Origin: Mobula hypostoma
Taxonomy: Eukaryota
Reading direction: 5' to 3'
NCBI RefSeq assembly: GCF_963921235.1
Contig: NC_086098.1
Location: 5,518,001 to 5,582,000, forward strand
DNA length: 64,000 bases
The translations under genes were made by a program, and so were the position numbers. A model generated the notes under the pieces. It was not told the origin of the DNA. It made no database searches and saw nothing but the letters and a program-made list of their open reading frames with translations. Below are positions 22,871 through 34,964 of the stretch, in pieces (positions within the stretch are counted from its first letter, which is position 1; every line of letters begins with the position of its first letter).

Positions 22871-23031
22871 GGAAGAATTGGATCAGTCTATGATTGAATG
22901 GCGGAGCAGACTCGATGGGCCGAATAACCAACTTTTGCTCCTATATCTTATGGTCTTATGGTCCTAATTTAACTTTACGCATTGATATGATACCCAGTAT
23001 ACATTATTTAACTATACATTATGGGTAGTGT

Positions 23032-23410
23032 GTAGTGACTCCATATGTCACTACTACTGGGCGTGACGACCCTGCCTTACACGAGTCCCGGGCTCAGCTG
23101 GCTCCGGCTGACAGTACCTGGTATGGGCCCCTATCCAGGGTTATGGATCCCACTGCCTTGTGGGTATCTTCGGGAAAGGAGAAGGCTAAGGAGTAAACCC
23201 TGCACAAATCCGGAGTGGAGCCCCTAAGGTGGTTGGATGACGTATCATGTCACCTCCCGGCAGCTCCTGCAGCCAAGCTGATGCCAAATGTACTGCTTCA
23301 CATTCCTTTAGACCACATCCGCGAGGCCGAGAGGGGGATCTTGATGTCCGGGCAGCCCAGGATCTCCATATTCATCGCCCAGGTCTGCGCCCCAGAACCG
23401 GGCGCATCCA
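23032..23410 (+). mobile_element. GC-rich structured insert, probably the 5' region of a non-LTR (RTE-like) element, with HDV-like folds
   Basis: Abrupt GC/CpG-rich block in AT-rich flanks with multiple pairings (see findings); family assignment from resemblance only. Confidence 0.45.
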
Positions 23411-23639
23411 TTGTCTACTTAGAAAGACGGAGCCATGATTATTCAAGCAGCTCACTCCTGCATATTTCCAGAATTGTAAACATTGCAGGTCATAATAATA
23501 AGGGGATTTAAATTTGTAAAGTATAATGACAAATACATTTGATCCAACTTATCGTGACTCTGAATAATTTTCAATTAAAAATAAATATGGGATTACTATC
23601 TCAGCAAATTTGTTGTACCGAAGTATCTGACAGTGGCCA

Positions 23640-24570
23640 CTGAGAACCTGACAGAGGGGGAGAGGGTTAGTTTTCTTTAATCACTTGGAATTATCATTTC
23701 AGAGGACCTGTCCTGGGCCCAGCACGTAAGTGCAGTTACAAAGAAAACACAGCAATGCTTTTTCTTCATTTGGTGGATCGGAGGCTCAGACATAGAGAGG
23801 GTCAGCAACTTTAAATTCCTCAGTGTCAATATTTCGGAGCACCTGTCCTGGAAGTAGAGGTGTGCTGTGTTTTTTTGTAACTGCAATTATGAAGAAAGCA
23901 TGGAAACGCCTCTACTTCCTTAGGAGATTTCAGAGATTTGGCATGATATCCAAAACCTTGACGAACTGCTATAGATGTGTGGCAGAGAGTATGTTAACTG
24001 CCTGCATTACAGCATGGCATGGAAACACCGATGCCCTTGAATGGAAAATCCCACAAAAAGAGATGGATATGGCCTGGTCAATCATGGTAAGGCCTTTCTT
24101 ATGATTGAGCACATCTACATGAAACACTGTCGCAGGAAAGAAGGGTCCATCATTAGGGGACCCCCACTGCCCAGGACTTGGCCTCTTCTCGCTGCTGCCA
24201 TCAGGAGAAAGGTACAAGTGAATCAGGACTCACACCACCAGGTTCGGGAACTGTTATTAACCCTCAACCAGCAGGCTCTTGAACCAAAGGGGATAACTTC
24301 ACTCAACTTCACTTGCCCCATCATTGAAATGTTCCCACAACCTATGGACTCACTCTCAAGGACCCTTCATCTCATATTCTCAATTTTTATTACTTATTTT
24401 TATTTTAGTATTTGTACAGTTTGTTGTCTGATGCACTCTGGTTGAACATCCAAGTTGGACAGTCTTTTGTTGATTCTGTTATGGTTATCATTCTATAGAT
24501 TTATTGAGTATGCCCACAAGAAATGAATGTCAGTGTTGTATATGGTGACATATATGTACTTTGATCTTTG
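23640..24570 (+). mobile_element. Old Rex1/Babar-type 3' part with internal duplication (~23660-23770 and ~23795-23920)
   Basis: RLYFLRRFQRFG, ESMLTACITAWHGN; 3' tail. Confidence 0.8.
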
Positions 24571-24574
24571 ACTT

Positions 24575-27115
24575 GCACTGAAAGCGGTAAGCGTAAAGGA
24601 GGGGGGCTGGCAGTTCTGGTAAATAACAGATGGTGCAATCCTGGGCATATTACGATCAAGGAACGTGTCTGTAGCCCGGATATTGAACTTTTTGCTGTTG
24701 GACTCTGGCCATATTATTTGCCAAGGGAAATCTTGCATGCAATTGTGGTTGTTGTGTACATCCCTCCCTCTGCCAACCCGACGTCGGCATGTAACTTCAT
24801 TTACACCGTCATAGCCAGATTACAAACCCAGCACCCGAGTGCCCTCATTACCATCTCAGGTGACTTCAACCAGGTTACCATGGCTAGAACACTGCCCAAC
24901 TTCACGCAGTATGTGAGCTGTACAACCAGAGGGGAGAAGACTCTGGATTTGATGTACGCTAACATTAAGGATACATACAGCTCCTCTCCCCTCCCCCCAC
25001 TGGGAAGGTCAGATCACAACCTGGTGCATCTAAAACCCTGCTACGCGCCTCTGGTGAAGAGTAAACCTGCAACCTCGAGGACAGTGAGGAAATGGTCGGA
25101 GGAGGCTTATGAGGCGCTCCAGGGTTGTTATGAGGTGACAGACTGGCAGGCACTCTGTGAGCCACATGGAGAGGATATTGATGGGCTCACAGAGTGCATC
25201 ACTGATTACATCAACTTCTGTGTGGACTGCAATGTTCCGACAAGAACTGTCCTTTGTTATTCAAATAACAAGCCATGGGTGACAAAGAACATTAAGGACA
25301 TCCTGAACACTAAAAAGAGGGCGTTTAGAGATGGAAATAGGGAGGAGCTGAAGGCAATACAGAGGGACCTGAAAGCCAGGATCAGGGAGGCTAAAGACAG
25401 GTACAGGAGGAAGCTTGAGTGGAAACTCCAGCAGAACAACATGAGAGAGGTCTGGAGGGGGATGAGGACCATCACTGGTTTCCAGCAAACTAGCAACAGA
25501 GGAGCTGAAGGCAGTGTGGACAGGGCCAACGAACTTAACCTGTTCTTTAACAGATTTGACATTGTGACCCCTGCCCATCCCCCACATGAGTCATCTGTTG
25601 TCGGCCCCCAACCAACACATATTCCACTCTCCCCTCCTACCCCTCCTCACAGTCCCCCACCCTGCTCTCATGACTATACCCCTTCCCTACACGAAACACT
25701 ACGGGGGGCTTCACAGCAAACAAGTGAGAAGACAGCTGAAACATCTCAACCCAAGCAAGGCTGCAGGACTGGATGGTGTCAGTACCAGGGTGCTCAAAGC
25801 CTGTGCCCCTCAGCTATGTGGAGTACTTCACCATGTATTCAACCTGAGCCTGAGGCTCCGGAGGGTTCCTGTCCTGTGGAAGATGTCCTGCCTCGTCCCT
25901 GTGCCGAAGACGCCGTGCCCCAGCGGCCTCAATGACTACAGACCGGTGGCACTGACCTCCCACATCATGAAGACCCTGGACAGACTTGTTCAGGAGGTGC
26001 TCCGGCCTATGGTCAGGCCACACTTAGATCCCCTCCAGTTTGCCTACCAGCCCCGACTAGGAGTTGAGGATGCCATCGTCTACCTGCTGAACCGTGTCTA
26101 TGCCCACCTGGACAAGCCAGCGAGCACTGTGAGGGTCATGTTTTTTGACTTCTCCAATGCGTTCAACAACATCCACCCTGCTCTGCTGGGGGAGAAGCTG
26201 ACAGCGATGCAGGTGGATGCTTCCCTGTTATCATGGATTCTTGATTACCTGACTGGCAGACCACAGTACGTGTGCTTGCAACACTGTGTGTCCGACAAAG
26301 TGATCAGCAGCACTGGGGCTCCACAGGGGACTGTCTTGTCTCCCTTTCTCTTCAGCATTTACACCTCGAACTTCAACTACTGCAGAGTCTTGCCATCTTC
26401 AGAAGTTTTCGGATGACTCTGCCATAGTTGGATGCATCAGCAAGGGAGATGAGGCTGAGTACAGGGCTATGGTAGGAAACTTTGTCACATGGTGTGAGCA
26501 GAATTATCTGCAGCTTAATGTGAAAAAGACTAAGGAGCTGCTGGTAGACCTGAGGAGAGCTAAGGTACCGGTGACCCCTGTTTCCATCCAGGGGGTCAGT
26601 GTGGACATGGTGGAGGATTACAAATACCTGGGGATACGAATTGACGATAAACTGGACTGGTCAAAGAACACTGAGGCTGTCTACAAGAAGGGTCAGAGCC
26701 GTCTCTATTTCCTGAGAGACCGAAGTCCTTTAACATCTGCCGGACGATGCTGAGGATGTTCTATGAGTCTGTGGTGGCCAGTGCTATCATGTTTGCTGTT
26801 GTGTGCTGGGGCAGCAGGCTGAAGGTAGCCGACACCAACAGAATCAACAAACTCATTCGTAAGGCCAGTGATGTTGTGGGGATGGAACTGGACTCTCTCA
26901 CGGTGGTGTCTGAAAAGAGGATGCTGTCTAAGTTCCATGCCATCTTGGACAATGTCTCCCATCCACTACATAATGTACTGGGTGGGCACAGGATTACATT
27001 CAGCCAGAGACTCATTCCACCGAGATGCAGCACAGAGCGTCATAGGAAGTCATTCCTGCCTGTGGCCATCAAACTTTACAACTCCTCCCTTGGAGGGTCA
27101 GACACCCAGAGCTAA
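24575..27115 (+). pseudogene. Rex1 ORF (APE endonuclease + RT), frameshifts near 25700, 26385 and 26715
   Basis: GGGLAVLVN, GDFN, SDHN, DYRPVALTS, DFSNAFN, GAPQGTVLSPFLF, KFSDDS, LNVKKTKEL. Confidence 0.9.
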
Positions 27116-27268
27116 TAGGCTGGTCCTGGACTTATTTCATAATTTACTGGCATAATTTACATATTACTATTGAACTATTTATGGTTCTATTACTATTTAT
27201 TATTTATGGTGCAACTGTAATGAAAACCAATTCCCCCCAGATCAATAAAGTATGACTATGACTATGAC
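24575..27268 (+). mobile_element. Young 5'-truncated Rex1/Babar LINE (APE + RT), (TATGAC)n tail
   Basis: TGACTT flanks at 24569-24574 and 27265-27270; second copy at 34001-34704. Confidence 0.93.
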
Positions 27269-27373
27269 TTATTACAGAAATTGCCCTCTATTCACTAGTT
27301 ACACTGGTAACAATTACTTACAGTACTAATTTATTTTACATTTATCCAAGATTTGATTCTATTGTGTTTCTTT

Positions 27374-27436
27374 TGATTTTATACGTTCCAATAAGATCCC
27401 CCTCAATAAGATCCCCCCCTCAAACATTGGAATTTA
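27374..27436. mobile_element. Rearranged 5' junction of the plus-strand CR1 fragment that resumes at 30785
   Basis: Inverted and duplicated CR1 piece followed by TTGGAATTTA, which joins GAAGCTTGAG.. to restore the CR1 sequence; outer TSD TGTTTCTTT at 27365-27373 and 31194-31202. Confidence 0.7.
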
Positions 27437-28420
27437 CATAGAAACATAGAAACATAGAAAATAGGTGCAGGAGTAGGCCATTCGGCCCTTCGAGCCTGCA
27501 CCGCCATTTATCATGATCATGGCTGATCATCCAACTCAGAACCCCGCCCCAGCCTTCCCTCCATACCCCCTGACCCCTGTAGCCACAAGGGCCATATCTA
27601 ACTCCCTCTTAAACATAGCCAATGAATTGGCCTCAACAGTTTCCTGTGGCAGAGAATTCCACAGATTCACCACTCTCTGTGTGAAGAAGTTTTTCCTAAT
27701 CTCGGTCCTAAATGGCTTCCCCTCTATCCTCAAACTGTGACCCCTCGTTCTGGACTTCCCCAACATCGGGAACAATCTTCCTGCATCTAGCCTGTCCAAT
27801 CCCTTTAGGATCTTATACGTTTCAATCAGATCCCCCCTCAATCTTCTAAATTCCAACGAGTACAAGCCCAGTTCATCCAGTCTTTCTTCATATGAAAGAC
27901 CTGCCATCCCAGGAATCAATCTGGTGAACCTTCTTTGTACTCCCTCTATGGCAAAGATGTCTTTCCTCAGATTAGGGGACCAAAACTGCACACAATACTC
28001 CAGGTGTGGTCTCACCAAGGCCTTGTACAACTGCAGTAGTACCTCCCTGCTCCTGTACTCGAACCCTCTCGCTATAAATGCCAGCATACCGTTCGCCTTT
28101 TTCACCGCCTGCTGTACCTGCATGCCCACTTTCAATGACTGGTGTATAATGACACCCAGGTCTCGTTGCACCTCCCCTTTTCCTAATCGGCCACCATTCA
28201 GATAATAATCTGTTTTCCTATTTTTGCCACCAAAGTGGATAACTTCACATTTATCCACATTAAATTGCATCTGCCATGAGTTTGCCCACTCACCCAACCT
28301 ATCCAAGTCACTCTGCATCCTCTTAGCATCCTCCTCACTGCTAACACTGCCACCCAGCTTCGTGTCATCCGCAAACTTGGAGATGCTGCATTTAATTCCC
28401 TCATCCAAGTCATTAATATA
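27437..28420 (-). mobile_element. Young CR1 3' ~1 kb, (TTCTATGT)n tail
   Basis: ORF 27536-28489 (YINDLDEG..KFADD to C-terminus). Confidence 0.95.
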
Positions 28421-30786
28421 TAGAAACATAGAAACATAGAAAATAGGTGCAGGAGTAGGCCATTCGGCCCTTCGAGCCTGCACCGCCATTTATCATGATC
28501 ATGGCTGATCATCCAACTCAGAACCCCGCCCCAGCCTTCCCTCCATACCCCCTGACCCCTGTAGCCACAAGGGCCATATCTAACTCCCTCTTAAACATAG
28601 CCAATGAACTGGCCTCAACAGTTTGCTGTGGCAGAGAATTCCACAGATTCACCACTCTCTGTGTGAAGAAGTTTTACCTAATCTCGGTCCTAAAAGGCTT
28701 CCCCTCTATCCTCAAACTGTGACCCCTCGTTCTGGACCTCCCCAACATCGGGAACAATCTTCCCGCATCTAGCCTGTCCAATCCCTTTAGGATCTTATAC
28801 GTTTCAATCAGATCCCCCCTCAATCTTCTAAATTCCAACGAGTACAAGCCCAGTTCATCCAGTCTTTCTTCATATGAAAGACCTGCCATCTCAGGAATCA
28901 ATCTGGTGAACCTTCTTTGTACTCCCTCTATGGCAAAGATGTCTTTCCTCAGATTAGGGGACCAAAACTGCACACAATACTCCAGGTGTGGTCTCACCAA
29001 GGCCTTGTACAACTGCAGTAGTACCTCCCTGCTCCTGTACTCGAACCCTCTCACTATAAATGCCAGCATACCGTTCGCCTTTTTCACCGCCTGCTGTACC
29101 TGCATGCCCACTTTCAATGACTGGTGTATAATGACACCCAGGTCTCGTTGCACCTCCCCTTTTCCTAATCGGCCACCATTCAGATAATAATCTGTTTTCC
29201 TATTTTTGCCACCAAAGTGGATAACTTCACATTTATCCACATTAAATTGCATCTGCCATGAGTTTGCCCACCCACCCAACCTATCCAAATCATCCTGCAT
29301 CCTCTTAGCATCCTCCCCACTGCTAACACTGCCACCCAGCTTTGTGTCATCCGCAAACTTGGAGATGCTGCATTTAATTCCCTCATCCAAGTCATTAATA
29401 TATATTGTAAACAACTGGGGTCCCAGCACTGAGCCTTGCGGTACCCCACTAGTTACCGCCTGCCATTCTGAAAAGGTCCCGTTTATTCCCACTCTTTGCT
29501 TCCTGTCTGCTAACCAATTCTCCACCCACACCAGTACCTTACCCCCAATACTGTGTGCTTTAAGTTTGCACACTAATCTCCTGTGTGGGACCTTGTCAAA
29601 AGCCTTTTGAAAATCCAAATATACCACATCCTCTGGTTCTCCCCTATCCACTCTACTAGTTACATCCTCAAAAAATTCTATGAGATTCGTCAGACATGAT
29701 TTTCCTTTCACAAATCCATGCTGACTTTGTCCGATCATTTCACCGCTTTCCAAATGTGCTGTTATCACATCCTTGATAACTGACTCCAGCAGTTTCCCCA
29801 CCACCGACGTTAGGCTAACCGGCCTATAATTCCCCGGTTTCTCTCTCCCTCCTTTTTTAAAAAGTGGGGTTACATTAGCCACCCTCCAATCCTCAGGAAC
29901 TAGTCCAGAATCTAACGAGTTTTGAAAAATTATCACTAATGCATCCACTATTTCTTGGGCTACTTCCTTAAGCACTCTAGGATGCAGACCATCTGGCCCT
30001 GGGGATTTATCTGCCTTCAATCCCTTCAATTTACCTAACACCACTTCCCTACTAACATGTATTTCACTCAGTTCCTCCATCTCACTGGACCCTCTGTCCC
30101 TTACTATTTCTGGAAGATTATATATGTCCTCCTTAGTGAAGACAGAACCAAAGTAATTATTCAATTGGTCTGCCATGTCCTTGCTCCCCATAATCAATTC
30201 ACCTGTTTCTGTCTGCAGGGGACCTACATTTGTCTTTACCAGTCTTTTCCTTTTTACATATCTATAAAAGCTTTTACAGTCCGTTTTTATGTTCCCCGCC
30301 AGTTTTCTCTCATAATCTTTTTTCCCCTTCCTAATTAAGCCCTTTGTCCTCCTCTGCTGAACTCTGAATTTCTCCCAGTCCTCAGGTGAGCCACTTTCTC
30401 TTGCTAATTTGTATGCTTCTTCTTTGGAATTGATACTATCCCTAATTTCTCTTGTCAGCCACGGGTGCACTACCTTCCTTGATTTATTCTTTTGCCAAAC
30501 TGGGATGAACAATTGTTGTAGTTCATCCATGCAACCTTTAAATGCTTGCCATTGCATATACACCGTCAATCCTTTAAGTGTCATTTGCCAGTCTATCTTA
30601 GCTAATTCACGTCTCATACCTTCAAAGTTACCCCTCTTTAATTTCAGAACCTTTGTTTCTGAATTAACTATGTCACTCTCCATATTAATGAAGAATTCCA
30701 CCATATTATGGTCACTCTTACCCAAGGGGCCTCTCACGACAAGATCGCTAATTAACCCTTCCTCATTGCTCAAAACCCAGTCCAGA
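28421..30786 (-). mobile_element. Young CR1, 5'-truncated in the endonuclease; RT frame open except for a stop at 28674-28676
   Basis: 717-aa ORF 28674-30827 with all RT motifs. Confidence 0.95.
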
Positions 30787-31200
30787 AGCTTGAGAAGCTT
30801 GAGTGGGGATCTGATTGAAACGTACAAAATCCTAAAGGGATTGGACAGGCTAGATGCAGGAAGATTGTTCCCGATGTTGGGGAAGTCCAGAACGAGGGGT
30901 CACAGTTTGAGGATAGAGGGGAAGCCTTTTAGGACCGAGATTAGGTAAAACTTCTTCACACAGAGAGTGGTGAATCTGTGGAATTCTCTGCCACAGGAAA
31001 CAGTTGAGGCCAGTTCATTGGCTATATTTAAGAGGGAGTTAGATATGGCCCTTGTGGCTATGGGGGTCAGGGGGTATGGGGGGAAGGCTGGTATAGGGTT
31101 CTGAGTTGAATTATCAGCCATGATCATACTGAATGGCGGTGCAGGCTCAAAGGGCCGAATGGCCTACTCCTGCACCTATTTTCTATGTTTCTATGTTTCT
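30785..31200 (+). mobile_element. CR1 3' fragment, (TTCTATGT)n tail, inverted relative to its neighbours
   Basis: GDLIETYKILKGLDRL..TEIR*; tail at 31181-31200. Confidence 0.95.
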
Positions 31201-31202
31201 TT

Positions 31203-31293
31203 GTTGCACTGTGAATGCCTGCCAGAAAATGAACCTCAGGGTTGTATATGGTGACATACAGAAATTTGGTAATAAATTTACTTTGAACTTTGA
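31203..31293 (+). mobile_element. Rex1-type 3' tail (host of the CR1 cluster; left part ~27345-27373)
   Basis: GAAAATGAACCTCAGGGTTGTATATGGTGAC..AATAAATTTACTTTGAACTTTG. Confidence 0.7.
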
Positions 31294-31299
31294 ATCTCG

Positions 31300-31670
31300 A
31301 TAAACATAAAAATTCTGCGGAAGCTAGAAATCTAGAGCAACACACACAAAATGCTGGAGAAACTCAGCAGGTCAGGCAGCATCTGTGGAGAGGAAAAGAG
31401 CCGATGTTTCAGGAAAGTGCAATGAAAAGAACTACCTTTATATCTTTCACCCTCAGCCTCCAGAGGTACTTGGAGAAATTGGGGAGGCAGACCATCATCT
31501 GTAAAACAGAAACAAAGCATGATTAGCACATAATAGCACAAAAACACAAGAGATTCTTCAGCTGCTGGAAATCCAGAGCCACGCATACAAAATGCTGGAG
31601 GAATTCAACAAGTCAGGCAGCATCGATGGAGAGATGGAGAGAAGTTAACAGCTGACCCTTAATCAGGACT
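31300..31670 (-). mobile_element. Two short PLE pLTR 3' fragments (31300-31415, 31540-31670)
   Basis: CACAAAATGCTGGAGAAACTCAGCAGGTCAGGCAGCATC; both end near hammerhead remnants. Confidence 0.7.
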
Positions 31671-31904
31671 CTATAAGTTTCTCATGGCTGTTTTTTAAAT
31701 TTTTTAGTGAGGAAAGATAAAGCCAGCCATTCTGTGGTGCGGTGTTTCCTGATAATTGAGTATTCTCAGAGCAATAAGTAACATAGCTGAACTTCAAAAT
31801 TTCTAAGTTCATAGTTCAAAGTAAATTTATTATCAAAGTACACATATGTCACCATATAGCACCCTGAGATTCATTTTATTGCGGGCTTGTTAACAACTGT
31901 TTCA

Positions 31905-32495
31905 TAGAATCATTGAGTCACAGAAAACTACAGCACAGAAACAGGCCCTTTGGCCCATCGAGTCCATCCTGAACCAATTAAACAGCCTACTTCCAATGAC
32001 ATGCACCTGGATCTTAGCCCTCCATACCCCTACCATCCATGTACTTATCCAAACTTCTCTTAACCATTGAAATCGAGCTCACATTTGTGCTGGCAGCTCA
32101 TTCCACACTCACACAACCCTCTGAATGAAGTTTCCCCTCATGTTCCCAGTAAACGTTTCACCTTTCACCCTTAAGCCAAGACCTCTGGTTGTAGTCCCAC
32201 CCAGTGGAAAAAGCCTGCTTGCATTTACCCTATCTGTACCCCTCATAATTTTGTATACCTCTATTAAATCTCCTCTCAATCTTCTGTGTTCTAAGGAATA
32301 AAGTCCTAACCCATTCAATCTTTCCTTAGAACTGAGGTCCTTCAGTCCCAGAAAAGTCCTTGTAAATTTCCTCTGTACTCTTTCAACCCTATTTACATCT
32401 TTCCTGTAGATAGGTAACCAAAACTGCACACAATACTCTAAATTAGGCCTCACCAGTGTCCTTTCCAACTTTAACATAACACCCCATCTCCAGTT
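31905..32495 (-). mobile_element. CR1 3' fragment
   Basis: ORF 32109-32501 VRPNLEYCVQFW..RGDLIEVYKIM. Confidence 0.88.
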
Positions 32496-32680
32496 TAGCA
32501 AATATTAAAGAACAGAGGGAAAAATGAGCACACATTTAATTGTTGATATCCTTTTATTATCTTTACCTGACTTACATCATATCTGATTACTGCATCTGAA
32601 AGTTGATTTCTATTGCAGCAAAGAAAAGTTTTCTGAACATAACTCCTGTCTAAGAAGTAACTTGGAACACAGCAAGCAGC

Positions 32681-32915
32681 TTAAGACCATAAGATCATAA
32701 GACAAAGGAGCAGAAGTCGGCCATTCGGCCCATCGAGTCTGCTCCGCCATTTTATCATGAGATGATCCATTCTCCCATTTAGTCCCACTCTCCCGCCTTC
32801 TCACCATAACCTTTGATGCCCTGGCTACTCAGATACCTATCAATCTCTGCCTTAAATGCACCCAATGACTTGGCCTCCACTGCTGCCCGTAGCAACGAAT
32901 TCCATAGATTCACCA
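32681..32915 (-). mobile_element. CR1 3' end, (TATGGTCT)n subfamily
   Basis: Near-identical to 6786-6963. Confidence 0.85.
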
Positions 32916-34000
32916 TGGCTCTTCACTCAACCCTGGAGCATCTGGACAAAAGATGAATACATCAGAATGTTCTTCATCAACTCTTCTTGGCATTCAATAC
33001 TATCATCCCTCAAAACTAATCAAGAAGCTTCAAGACCTTGGCCTCAGTACCTCCTGTGCAATTGGATCCTCGATTTCATCATGTGCAGACCCCAGTCTAT
33101 TCAGATTAGCAACAACATCTCCTCCATGATTTCCATCACCACAAGGCTGCACGCTTAGTCCACTGCACTACTCACTTTACACTTATGACTGCGTGGCTAA
33201 GCACAGCATCAATGCCATAAATAAGTTTGCTGACGATACCGCTGTTGTAGACCAAATCAAAGTTGGAATGAATCAGCATAGAGGAGGGAGATTGAAAACC
33301 TGACTGAGTGGTGCCACAACAACCACCTCTCACTCAGTGTCAGCAAGATGAAGGAGTTGATTATTGACCAGGAGGAGGAAACCAGAGGCCCATGAGCCAG
33401 TCTTCATCGGGGGATGAGAGGGAGGGAGGGTTAGCAACTTCAAGTTCCTCAGTGTTATCATTTCAGAGGATCTGTCCTGGACCCAGCACCTGTACCATTA
33501 TGAAGAGGGCTCAGCAGTGCACCTACATTATTCGAAGTTTGCAAAGATTCAGCATAGCATCTAAGACTTTGAGAAACTTTTATAGATGTGTGGTGGAGGT
33601 TATATTGACCTGCTGCATCACAGCTTGGTATGGAAACACCATTACCCCCCAGTGGAAAATCCTACAAAAAGTAGTGAAAATACCCTAGTCCATCACAGGT
33701 AAAACCCTTCCCACCATAGAAAACATCTACATGGAGTGTTGCCGCAGGAAAACAGCAGGCATCATCAGGGTCTACCACCATCCAGCCCATGCTGTCTTCA
33801 TGCTGCTGCCATCAGGTGCCTCAGGACTCGCACCGACAGTCTTAGGAACAGTTGTTACCCCTCAACCATCAGGCCCTTGAACCAGAGGGGATAACATCAT
33901 TCAACACCAATTGCCCCATCACTGGACTGTTCCCACTGAACTTTATTCACTTTGAAGGACTCTTCATTTCATGTTCTCAATACTTATTGTTTATTCATTT
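32915..34000 (+). mobile_element. Old Rex1/Babar-type LINE fragment
   Basis: [26 protein letters not shown]. Confidence 0.85.
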
Positions 34001-34704
34001 AGTCATAGTCATACTTTATTGATCCCGGGGAAAATTGGTTTTCGTTACAGTTGCACCATAAATAATAAATAGTAATAAAACCATAAATAGTTAAATAGTA
34101 ATATGTAAATTGGTCCAGGAAATAAGTCCAGGACCAGTCTATTAGCTCAGGGTGTTTGACCCTCCAAGGGAGGAGTTGTAAAGTTTGATGGCCACAGGCA
34201 GGAATGACTTCCTATGATGCTCTGTGTCGCATCTCGGTGGAATGAGTCTCTGGCTGAATGTACTCCTGTGCCCACCCAGTACATTATGTAGTGGATGGGA
34301 GACATTGTCCAAGATGGCATGCAACTTGGACAGCATCCTCTTTTCAGACACCACCGTGAGAGAGTCCAGTTCCATCCCCACAACATCACTGGCCTTACAA
34401 ATGAGTTTGTTGATTCTGTTGGTGTCTAAGACCCTCAGCCTGCTGCCCCAGCACACAACAGCAAACATGATAGCACTGGCCACCACAGACTCGTAGATCA
34501 TCCTCAGCATCGTCCAGCAGATGTTAAAAGATCTCAGTCTCCTCAGGAAATAGAGACGGCTCTGACCCTTCTTGTAGACAGCTTCAGTGTTCTTTGACCA
34601 GTCCAGTTTATTGTCAATTCGTATCCAGGTATTTGAAATCCTCCACCATGTCCACACTGACCCCCTGGATGGAAACAGGGGTCACTGGTACCTTAGCTCT
34701 CCTC
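34001..34704 (-). mobile_element. Young Rex1 3' fragment
   Basis: Near-identical to 26550-27268 in reverse. Confidence 0.93.
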
Positions 34705-34964
34705 ACAATAGCAAACACGTGCCATGAAGTACGGAAAGGGCATCCCTTGCATCGAAGCTTGGTCTGGCCATTCACTGAAGCAGAACTTCCCCCAGCTGTC
34801 TTGGACCCCACCATGCCGCTGGATCAGGGAGGGGATGTCAAGAGGGTGGGTCTGGACCTGTGCAACCCCCTACTCACCTAAAGTCCACTCACACACACGC
34901 TGTTCCTTTCTGAGGAGTGGGGTATCCTCACAAACCCCACTAACTGACTGAAAGGAACCATCAT

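Larger units (their letters stand above)
18847..22963 (+). mobile_element. Near full-length decayed CR1 LINE (part of 5' UTR, ORF1, ORF2, (TATGGTCT)n tail)
   Basis: ORF1 and ORF2 fragments in order; many stops and frameshifts. Confidence 0.92.

Noticed and set aside
28674..30827. 717-aa ORF as an active RT gene
   Set aside because: Endonuclease truncated, start derives from an inverted neighbour, premature stop
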